Source of the DNA: an uncultured bacterium
Lineage (GTDB): Bacteria > Babelota > Babeliae > Babelales > Babelaceae
NCBI GenBank assembly: GCA_963819815.1
Contig: CAWFXL010000001.1
Span: forward strand, 992,001-1,056,000
Length of the DNA stretch: 64,000 nt
Direction: 5' to 3'
Part shown: positions 50,237-58,425 of the stretch, piece by piece
Position numbering within the stretch: the stretch's first letter is position 1
How the letters are laid out: every line of letters starts with the position of its first letter
The notes under the pieces: generated by a model
Told to the model about the DNA's origin: nothing
The model's database searches: none
What the model saw: the letters and a program-made list of their open reading frames with translations, nothing else
Made by a program: the position numbers and the translations under genes

Positions 50237-50854
50237 TTATGAAAGTGGTAAAACTTCTTCTTTTTGCTTTTGAACAGTCAACTTAAACTCGGTTGGTTGT
50301 ACTTCACCTTTGAGGGTACTCACCTCAACTGCAGTACTAAATACCTCGGCAAGTGTTGCTGATTGAGAAGTATAGAAGGTTCGGTCCTGCTGTTTAGCAT
50401 CTTGGACCTTCTTATCAGCTTTCTCTTCTTTCTTAAGCTCTATACGGGATGTTAGTTGAAACTCCACTGGGCTTATAAAAAACTCAATACGCCCATCTTT
50501 TAGCGTAATTGTTCCAAGCCAACCAGTATCTTTTTTTACGACTTTTACCTCATCTTTTGATAACCCGGTAAACCCTTTAAAGGTAATCGCTACTGACGAA
50601 TCATCCTCTTTAATCTCATGGGTAATCTTCGAAAGGTCTTCACGAGCTTTTTTAAAGGCCTCATTTACTTCTTTTGATGGCCCAAATGACTCAAAACGAC
50701 TTGCAAAGCCATCCATCATCCTTTGATGAGAAGCCATAATAGAATCTATCCATGATCCACTAAAGGGATCATCTATCAAGATATATCGTGCCTGTATCGG
50801 AACAGAAAGACATGATGTTACAGCAAATAATACTATAAGGGATTGTTTGTTCAT
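50237..50854 (-). CDS. Exported hypothetical protein, possibly divergent small heat-shock (alpha-crystallin) fold
   Basis: AAGGAG SD, ATG 50854, signal ending PIQA; DDPF...F N-region, IKEDDSSVAITF.G..GLSKDEVKV, C-terminal FKLTVQK...VLPL. Confidence 0.5.
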   Translation of the reverse strand: MNKQSLIVLFAVTSCLSVPIQARYILIDDPFSGSWIDSIMASHQRMMDGFASRFESFGPSKEVNEAFKKAREDLSKITHEIKEDDSSVAITFKGFTGLSKDEVKVVKKDTGWLGTITLKDGRIEFFISPVEFQLTSRIELKKEEKADKKVQDAKQQDRTFYTSQSATLAEVFSTAVEVSTLKGEVQPTEFKLTVQKQKEEVLPLS

Positions 50855-51049
50855 AATGAACTCCTTTATGTAATAGATGGTTGTACAAATCACTTCGGTA
50901 CTTAAAACCAGTATACACCCAAGTGAATGGTAAATGCAAGAGCATAGTATGAGCATAGATGCTCCTTAAAAACAGTTCACCCCTTGAGCCACGCTCCCAA
51001 GTAGTTTATACTCAAGGAGTTAAAGAACTTTGATAACCACGGATCGGCA

Positions 51050-52414
51050 ATGAAAAAACTACTCCTCAGTTCCCTGGTACTTATCTCCTTGGTTTTCATT
51101 GGAGGTGGCTTCAGCGTAGCCCAGGCAGCAGCCGTCGCTCCTAAACCTACGTTGCTCACAAAAGAGCTTCTTGGATATATTGAACCCCAAGAATACTTGC
51201 GCACTCCGCGCACAGCAAATCCATCACAGGCCGCAAGCAGCCCAGGAAACACACACCAAACTTCCCTTATCCAGCTTCCCGTGCTTGACCAAAATAAAGA
51301 ACCTGAGAAGAAGGGTAGCACAAAGAATAGTTCCGCTTACCATGCTTTGCGCAATGGAGTTATTCTCCTAAAGGCTCTGATAGATCCTTTAGATTATCGT
51401 AGCGTCGAAGGACTTGTAAAACTGTATGATAAAGAAGACCTATATAAAAAACTTTCCTATGAAGGTTCATGGCGAAATACCATTCGAAGCAAGCGTCATG
51501 GAAACTTTACCGATAGCCTCAGTCTTAAAGAGCTCGAAGTCCTCATAGCTGAAGAAAATAAGACTGGAGACCTTGCAGGAACAAATCTCCCTTGTGCCTA
51601 TTTTGAGTATGCAAATACGGATGAACCTACTGAAAGAGACTTTGAAGTGTTTAATGTAAGTGAAAACCTCAAAAAGATTAAAGCAAAACTTACTGCTGAT
51701 GAAGATTTTGCTGCTCTTATACTGGTGTATGTCGATACACACACGGCAAATAATCCCATCTTTGAAAAAAAACCTGTGAAGTGCACAGTAGAAGGTCCAG
51801 ACTGCACAGGGAGAGCGTTAAAAAAAACTCCCTGCTGTGGAAATTCGCTCTGTAATCCATGTTGGGGCACATCTCTTGCAGATAATCTGAGCGCCTGCCC
51901 CATGTGCAAATCTAGAAACCCAGGACCGCTCGAAGAAGAGATCACAAAGTTAGCAACAAATAAGCCACTAACTGGACAATTCGTTGCTCTTGTACTTGCC
52001 AAAGTACAGGACAAAAGGCAGTACTTTCTAATGGATTCAGCAAATGAAAAGCATCGTTTTACTACAAATAAGCCGATCAAAAAACTTCTTCAATACCTTG
52101 AAGATCCCAATGACCCCCAGGAAACAGATGCAGGCCTCTTGGAGCTTCCTCGCTTTATTCCTGATCCAAGGCGTGTAAAAGACGCCCGCATAGACGATCT
52201 CGTGGAAGCCTTTAAAGACTATAAAGACTCTTATAACCCAGTACCCCAAAAAGCTCCTGCAGCCCTTCAAAACCAGACCGATACATCATATTCCAAAGCA
52301 AAAGGCTTCATTGGTGGCGTCCTTGGAATTTGTGCCCTCTATGCCTGCCTTACGTATTACCAACGCTCTCAAAAACCAAACTCGCCGCAAGCAACCACTC
52401 CAACGGTACAGTGA
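51050..52414 (+). CDS. Exported protein with RING-finger insertion, Josephin-like pseudo-protease scaffold and C-terminal anchor
   Basis: Signal ending AQA; C-x6-C-x9-CCGNSLCNPCW-x10-CPMC; SAYHALRN ... GQFVALV...YFLMDS; tail GFIGGVLGICALYACLTYYQRSQKP. Confidence 0.75.
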   Translation: MKKLLLSSLVLISLVFIGGGFSVAQAAAVAPKPTLLTKELLGYIEPQEYLRTPRTANPSQAASSPGNTHQTSLIQLPVLDQNKEPEKKGSTKNSSAYHALRNGVILLKALIDPLDYRSVEGLVKLYDKEDLYKKLSYEGSWRNTIRSKRHGNFTDSLSLKELEVLIAEENKTGDLAGTNLPCAYFEYANTDEPTERDFEVFNVSENLKKIKAKLTADEDFAALILVYVDTHTANNPIFEKKPVKCTVEGPDCTGRALKKTPCCGNSLCNPCWGTSLADNLSACPMCKSRNPGPLEEEITKLATNKPLTGQFVALVLAKVQDKRQYFLMDSANEKHRFTTNKPIKKLLQYLEDPNDPQETDAGLLELPRFIPDPRRVKDARIDDLVEAFKDYKDSYNPVPQKAPAALQNQTDTSYSKAKGFIGGVLGICALYACLTYYQRSQKPNSPQATTPTVQ

Positions 52415-52507
52415 AATTGTTAATGGGGTGAAGACTTTGATAAATTACTCGATCCTCTGTATGCTACATAAAACTATGAGCACACACATCACTACTATAG
52501 TAAAGAA

Positions 52508-53254
52508 ATGGCACAAAAAAATAATTCCAATAAAAAAGACAAAGGTCTTGAATTAGTTTATGGGGTTCACCCTATCGTTGAGCTACTCAAAGCAAAACGG
52601 AGGACTCTTGTCACGATCTATACGACTAAGCCGGTCCCCAAAGCCTGGGCACTCATTGAACCATTGCTTACTTCAAACACACAACTTCAGTACGTTTCAC
52701 GTGATGTGCTCACTCGTTTGGTAATGACCAGTGATCATCAGTCTGTCGTGGGCCTTGCCACTCCATTTGTAAAACGAAGCAAATTCTTTGATCCTCAGAA
52801 AAGCCCTTTTCTCATTCTTCTTGATAGCATCCATGATCCACGCAATCTTGGCGCAATACTCAGGTCAGCCTACTGTACTGGAGTTACCGGTGTAATCATG
52901 TGTGGAAATAATAGCGCTCCTTTACAAGCAACCGCTCTCAAATCTTCAGCTGGCCTTGCTGAGCATCTTGAGATTTATGAGACTCCAGCGGCACTTGGTG
53001 CCATCCAAGAACTTAAGCGGGTTAACTATGCACTCTACCTTGCAACGCTTTCAGGGGAAAATGCCACCACAATTAAGTATAAAAAGCCACTCTGTTTAGT
53101 CATCGGTAATGAAGCCACGGGAATTGCTAAAAACCTGCTCTCCTATGGGACTCAGGTGAGACTCGCCCAACGAAGCTCTGATATATCCTACAATGCATCA
53201 GTAGCTGCTGGGATACTTCTCTTTCTTATGGCTGATCAGCTTAAGATCATTTAG
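52508..53254 (+). CDS. rlmB: TrmH/SpoU-family RNA methyltransferase (RlmB-like)
   Basis: YGVHPI.E.L, HQSVV, LDSIHDPRNLGAILRSA, KSSAG, LVIGNEATG, SYNASVA. Confidence 0.85.
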   Translation: MAQKNNSNKKDKGLELVYGVHPIVELLKAKRRTLVTIYTTKPVPKAWALIEPLLTSNTQLQYVSRDVLTRLVMTSDHQSVVGLATPFVKRSKFFDPQKSPFLILLDSIHDPRNLGAILRSAYCTGVTGVIMCGNNSAPLQATALKSSAGLAEHLEIYETPAALGAIQELKRVNYALYLATLSGENATTIKYKKPLCLVIGNEATGIAKNLLSYGTQVRLAQRSSDISYNASVAAGILLFLMADQLKII

Positions 53255-53450
53255 AATGTCTCCAGGACTCTTTCTAGGCAGTATATTCAAACTTCCTCAA
53301 CAAACAGCTATCGCTTCAATAACGCAACCATTTGTCAGACTTTCTATGCATGGCAGTAGGATCACATCGTAATAATTTTTTTTGCAATTACAGTTTTCTG
53401 TTATACTAAACAGTAAATTTTCTGGGCTCTTCCTTTAGGGATGTAAGCAG

Positions 53451-54203
53451 ATGAATATGGTACGTTTCATAGGTAACAAAAAAGTTCTCATCGCCATTGG
53501 AGGAATCAGCCTCTTTCTGGTCGGGATGCAACGCGCCTTTACTCCGCAATCACTTACCATATCATGTGATCCACGATGGACCTCAGAGTATCAGCACGCC
53601 ATTAAAAAACAGCTTGAAAATATCTCGATACGGACTATTGGTGCCTATCGCCTCCGAAATCAGCTCCAGCCTGAATTCCCCTTTATAAAAGATATCAGCA
53701 TCTCATACGAAAGTGCTTACCGAGCACAGATAAACATCATAGGCTGGATCCCCAAAGTTCTCATGCAGTCTTCTTTACCTGGCAATAAAGACTATGCGCT
53801 CTGCACAACCGGGCAGGTTCTTGAAAAGCATTATTTTTCTCAAGAGGCTCTACAGGGACTCCCTACAATGATTCTTGAAGGAGTAGATTTTGAGACAAAG
53901 CGGCTTGCTCAAGAGTTTATTGATACCGCTTTGCGGTTATCAAATAAGCACTTTGAAGTTTATACCATAGTGTGGCACTCAAAAACTGAGATTCTCCTAC
54001 ACGATAAAGAGAAAAAGATCCGTATCATTTCCGATATGAACTCCATACATGATCCGGATCGCTTTACCTACCTAGAACAGATTTATGCACAAGAAGAAAG
54101 CTATAAAAACGGCATGAAAGCAGACATACGCCTAAAAGATTCTATTGTCTGTGCTCCCATAACCAACTATACTAGAACTTATGAAGAATCAAACACTCTA
54201 TAA
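53451..54203 (+). CDS. Probable divergent FtsQ/DivIB-like protein
   Basis: Single N-terminal TM, POTRA-like L...FPFIKDISI, C-terminal ADIRLKDSIV; overlaps the ftsA start. Confidence 0.55.
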   Translation: MNMVRFIGNKKVLIAIGGISLFLVGMQRAFTPQSLTISCDPRWTSEYQHAIKKQLENISIRTIGAYRLRNQLQPEFPFIKDISISYESAYRAQINIIGWIPKVLMQSSLPGNKDYALCTTGQVLEKHYFSQEALQGLPTMILEGVDFETKRLAQEFIDTALRLSNKHFEVYTIVWHSKTEILLHDKEKKIRIISDMNSIHDPDRFTYLEQIYAQEESYKNGMKADIRLKDSIVCAPITNYTRTYEESNTL

Positions 54204-55419
54204 CGACCTCCTCGTTGCACTTGATGTGGGCACCACAAAAATAAGCGTGCTCATTGCCCAAAAAATTGCCGATGATGGTCTCTCGATAATCGGCATCGGA
54301 GAAGCTCCTGCTTACGGAGTCTCTCGTGGTGTAGTCGTTGATATTGCTCAGGCAGTAGATTCGATTAAACTTGCTGTTAAAGAAGCAGAACTGATGGCCG
54401 GTCATAAAGTAGAAACTGCCGTGGTAGGAACTACCGGCGCTCATATTCAGTCGCTCACCTCAACGGGCATGATCCCCATTAAAAATGGTCAGATTCGCCC
54501 CCATGATATTACAGCAGTCTTAGCAGCTGCCCGTGCTATAGTACTTCCAGAAGGACAACAAATATTGCATGTACTGCCCCAGTATTATACGATCGATTCA
54601 AGCCATCGGGTAACAGATCCTGAAGGTATGTTCGGGGTACGCTTAGAAGCACAAGTGTATATCATCACCGGGGCAAGTGCCTCAACACAAAACTTAGTGC
54701 GCTGCTGCCAGACGGCTGGTGTAGCAGTTAGCGATCTCGTACTTCAACCCCTTGCCTCAGCAGATGCTGTGCTCAGTCGCGATGAGCGAGAGTTGGGAAT
54801 CGGCGTTCTTGATATTGGAGGTGGCAGTTCAGACTTTGCTATCTATCAGCAGGGAACAATTCGGCACACTAAGATATTCCCGATAGCAGGAAACTATATT
54901 ACTCATGATATTGCCCTCTGTTTGCGCACAACGCTAAAAGATGCAGAGCGCGTAAAAAGAACCTATGGTTCCACCCTACGAAAATACTTTACTGAAGATG
55001 AGCAGATAGAAGTTGAAATGGTGCATGGCGAAGAACTCACGACCGTAACTCCTGATGAAATAACCCGTATTATCGAACCTCGCGTTGCCGAGCTTCTAGC
55101 AATGGTTCAAAAAGATATTAAGACAAATCATCTAGAACATCTTATGCCAGCAGGTATTGTGTTAACAGGTGGAGGATCCCTCCTTCATGGCATACAAGAA
55201 AGTGCAGAGTTTACTTTAAAAGTTCCTGCACGTGTGGGAGTACCCCATGTTCCACCTATGTATAAAGAAGCATTAGCAAATCCCACCTATGCAACATGCT
55301 ATGGCTTACTCTTACACGCTCTTAAGAAGAGTAAGGGTAGCACCGCCTATTCCCTCTCGGGACCGGCCGTCAGTCAGATAATGAATCGCATGAAATCTTG
55401 GGTAGCAGACTTTTTTTAA
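54181..55419 (+). CDS. ftsA: Cell division protein FtsA
   Basis: ALDVGTTKI, P.GM.GVRLE, LDIGGG, AERVK..YG, GIVLTGGGS, amphipathic tail MKSWVADFF. Confidence 0.96.
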   Translation: MKNQTLYNDLLVALDVGTTKISVLIAQKIADDGLSIIGIGEAPAYGVSRGVVVDIAQAVDSIKLAVKEAELMAGHKVETAVVGTTGAHIQSLTSTGMIPIKNGQIRPHDITAVLAAARAIVLPEGQQILHVLPQYYTIDSSHRVTDPEGMFGVRLEAQVYIITGASASTQNLVRCCQTAGVAVSDLVLQPLASADAVLSRDERELGIGVLDIGGGSSDFAIYQQGTIRHTKIFPIAGNYITHDIALCLRTTLKDAERVKRTYGSTLRKYFTEDEQIEVEMVHGEELTTVTPDEITRIIEPRVAELLAMVQKDIKTNHLEHLMPAGIVLTGGGSLLHGIQESAEFTLKVPARVGVPHVPPMYKEALANPTYATCYGLLLHALKKSKGSTAYSLSGPAVSQIMNRMKSWVADFF

Positions 55420-55431
55420 GAAGGTACGAAC

Positions 55432-56643
55432 ATGATAGAATTTGAACGAGAAAGTAATAATCGCATCGCTGTAGCCCGCATTAAAGTGTTGGGTGTAGGT
55501 GGCGGTGGCAGCAATATGGTTAATAGCATGGTTGAGTCATCTGGCTACGACATGATAGATTTCATTGTCGCAAATACCGATGCCCAGGCCCTTAAAATCT
55601 CAAATGCTCCCCACAAGATCCAGCTTGGTATTAAATCAACTAAAGGACTTGGTGCCGGTGCTAACCCTGAGGTGGGTAGGCGTGCGGCAGAAGAAGACCT
55701 TGATACGATTATTAGACAGGTAAAAGATGCCGATGTCGTCTTTTTTACGGCAGGCCTTGGGGGCGGTACTGGTTCAGGAGCGTTACCTATCATTGCTCAG
55801 GCACTGAAAGAAAAAGATATTCTGAGCATAGCTGTTGTCACCAAACCATTCATGTTTGAAGGAAGGCGTCGTGCCCGCGTTGCAGAAGAGGCTCTTCATA
55901 AGCTCGAAGGTGTTGTTGATACGCTTATTGTTATTCCTAACCAAAAGCTCCTTGATGTTGTTGATCAGAAAGTTTCTCTGTTAAATGCCTTTGATCTTAT
56001 TAACAGCGTTCTCAATCAATTTATTAAATCTATTGCCGATATTATTGCAAAGCCAGGTCATATTAATGTCGACTTTGCCGACATTAAAACGATTATGAAA
56101 CAACGTGGCTACGCTGTTATCGGAACTGGCAGGGGATCGGGACCTGACCGTGCGGTGAAAGCAGCACGTGAGGCTATCGTATCTCCACTTCTTGATAATA
56201 CCAATATCAAAGGTGCCCAAGGGGTTCTTCTGAATATCTCAGGAAGCTCCAGCTTGAGTCTTCATGAAGTGGGAGCCGCTTCTCATATCATCTATGAAGA
56301 AGCACATGAAGATGCGTCAATTATCGTCGGATCGGTTATTGATGAGTCGTTGGGAGACGAAGTTATCGTAACGATTATTGCCACAGGATTTGAATCTGAT
56401 AGGTCCCTCTCAGTACAACCTGCGGTGAAGCATTCTTTTGAACAGGAATCTTCCGTCCAAGAAAAAATACCTACTCAAGAATCACCTATAGGAGCTACAC
56501 CCCTAGAATCTAAGCCTGGAGAGGGGGAGCCTGGTGAGCATAAGCTGGAATCCAAGACTGAGCCTAAGAAAGAAGAGGTCGACGTAAATGACTTTGAAAT
56601 TCCTGCAATTATGCGGCAGATGCTTAAGAAAAACCAAGAGTAA
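55432..56643 (+). CDS. ftsZ: Cell division protein FtsZ
   Basis: GVGGGG.N, NTDAQAL, GAGANPEVG, GGGTGSG, INVDFAD, C-terminal DFEIPAIMR. Confidence 0.98.
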   Translation: MIEFERESNNRIAVARIKVLGVGGGGSNMVNSMVESSGYDMIDFIVANTDAQALKISNAPHKIQLGIKSTKGLGAGANPEVGRRAAEEDLDTIIRQVKDADVVFFTAGLGGGTGSGALPIIAQALKEKDILSIAVVTKPFMFEGRRRARVAEEALHKLEGVVDTLIVIPNQKLLDVVDQKVSLLNAFDLINSVLNQFIKSIADIIAKPGHINVDFADIKTIMKQRGYAVIGTGRGSGPDRAVKAAREAIVSPLLDNTNIKGAQGVLLNISGSSSLSLHEVGAASHIIYEEAHEDASIIVGSVIDESLGDEVIVTIIATGFESDRSLSVQPAVKHSFEQESSVQEKIPTQESPIGATPLESKPGEGEPGEHKLESKTEPKKEEVDVNDFEIPAIMRQMLKKNQE

Positions 56644-56694
56644 TCTTGGCTGCCTACCAATCAATTGAGAACATGCATGCAAGCTTTCAAAATA

Positions 56695-56911
56695 TGTGCT
56701 TATCCAAAGTGGTTCAACTGCTCAAAAGTGGCGGCAGTAAAACAATAAGAAAAGAGTTTCTCTGGAGTGATAGTTTTTGTGGGCATATAAATATTTTGCC
56801 GAAATATCCAAGGAAACTAGATCTTAAAGCTGTTGAAAGCTATATAAAAAATCAGTAAAGCTTATTTGGGAGTCGGAGAAGCCCCGGCTTTTAAGCCGGG
56901 GTCCAGATCAC
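56695..56911 (+). mobile_element. IS200/IS605-family remnant: tnpA C-terminal fragment plus right-end hairpin
   Basis: LSKVVQLLKSGGSKTIRKEF, LWSDSF, frameshifted WAYKYFAE, VESYIKNQ*; GAAG-CCCCGGCTT-TT-AAGCCGGGG-...-TCAC end. Confidence 0.8.
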
Positions 56912-56967
56912 TCCAAGAATTCTTTGTAAGGTCAAATTATGCACTAGTAACGCGCTTACCTATAACG

Positions 56968-57647
56968 CTATTTGGACTCAAAATACCAAAAAGGACCGTC
57001 TAAGTGCAGCGTTACATTGAGTTGCAACGCAGCTCTTTGAATAGCTGCTAAAACCGTTAGCCTGCCGGTATGATCTCTCCAGTCCGCATCATCTCCGCAC
57101 ATTGTGCCACCTTCATTTAATTTTGGATACCAATTCATTACATCATTATAAACAGATTCCTCATCGTGTGATGCATCAACATAAATGAGATCAGCCTTAA
57201 CGTTGAGACCCCTCGCAGCTTCGGTAGTATCCATTCTAACAGGAATTATCTTATGACCCATCTTCTTGTGAATTACATTTGATAAAAACTGTTGGTAGAG
57301 TGTTGGGATTCTTTTTTTAGTTCAGGATCAATAACGCTTAATAAGGCAATGTCTGTTTGTACCATCCAATTATCGACAGCATACAATTTACCGTTCTCTC
57401 TCAAAAGCTCTGCCATATATATTGTGGAATTTCCTAACCAAGAACCAAGTTCCACAATAATAAGCGGTTGATACTTCTCAATTAATCGCTTTAATTGAAG
57501 CCTGTTTTCTCCTTGAAACCAATTATGATTAAAATTATCCATTGGCAATTGCTGAATGGATGAATAGGGCTCCGGTAAAGGTAATTCAGCTACCACAATA
57601 AAACAAAAAGAAGTACACGACAGTAAAAGCTTCATTAAAAAATTCAT
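56968..57647 (-). pseudogene. Class I SAM methyltransferase (Methyltransf_24-like) with signal peptide, split at an A7 tract
   Basis: IVELGSWLGNST, LYAVDNW upstream; ADLIYVDASHDEESV..D...W.PKL..GG.MCGDD downstream. One extra A at T7 57312-57318 restores KKRIPTLYQQFLSNVIH. Confidence 0.85.
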
Positions 57648-58173
57648 TGTTTATCCCCTCATATAAAATTAATAAATAACGATTCACTTATTTTCAAACT
57701 AACATAAAGAAAATTATTAAGTCAAGAACATTCTTCTTCTTTTTGTCGGTACGCAATAGATATGTCCTCTTTTACTTCCCTCGTCTATGAGCACGGGATT
57801 ATTTCTGGGGATTTCTGAACTTTTATGTTCCATTAATTTTGGTTTGTAAGTTCTTGGCTATAAGGTGCTTTCTCCTCAAAAAACTACCCCGTCCCTTAGT
57901 AGACAAATCAGGCCCAAGCTATCTCTTGATAGCTAAACTAATAATATGACAGAATCAAATTTAATGATCCTCAGGAAAATCAAAAGACGCAACTAAACCT
58001 TAAGTGAGATAGCGGTAGTTTTTTCGTGTTTTTTACACAAGTGAACCACAATGCCAATAATTTCGCAGTTACCTTATTTCATTTTTTGTAGTTATCCGGC
58101 ATTTTTTGTAGTTATTCGGTGCGATCCATTATATCGCGTTATCTAAAAAAGTTCAAAGTAAGGACCATAGAAG

Positions 58174-58345
58174 CAGGGTATAGCTCCTTCCAATCGACGC
58201 AAGGGTCTTCTAGTTGAGAAAAATGCTCTAAAAAAATGAAACTCCGTTGAATTCTATATCCTGTGCCATTGCTACTCCTTTCAGGTTTCTGAAAGTTTGA
58301 CAAAGGAAGTGCATAATATCAAATTATTATAATGCGTTAGCCCTG
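58174..58345 (-). mobile_element. Internally deleted ISAs1-family element (172 bp) with 10-bp target-site duplication
   Basis: Left end CAGGGCTAACGCATT (minus strand, from 58345); AAAGGAG SD and ATG 58269; frameshifted fragment FLEHFSQLEDPCVDWKELYP; ACCATAGAAG at 58164-58173 and 58346-58355. Confidence 0.8.
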
Positions 58346-58425
58346 ACCATAGAAGGCCCCCATAGGTTTTTTGGGCAAACTATGCTACGCTTATTCTGGT
58401 ACCAAGAAGCTATGAGGGCATTAGA

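Noticed and set aside
57882..57900. AACTACCCCGTCCCTTAG as a second IS200/IS605 end
   Set aside because: Only the 5' arm is present and there is no complementary arm, so it is too weak to call.
58080..58119. Two-copy 20-bp tandem repeat CATTTTTTGTAGTTATYCGG
   Set aside because: Real but only two copies in AT-rich intergenic DNA, with no evidence of function; not CRISPR-like.
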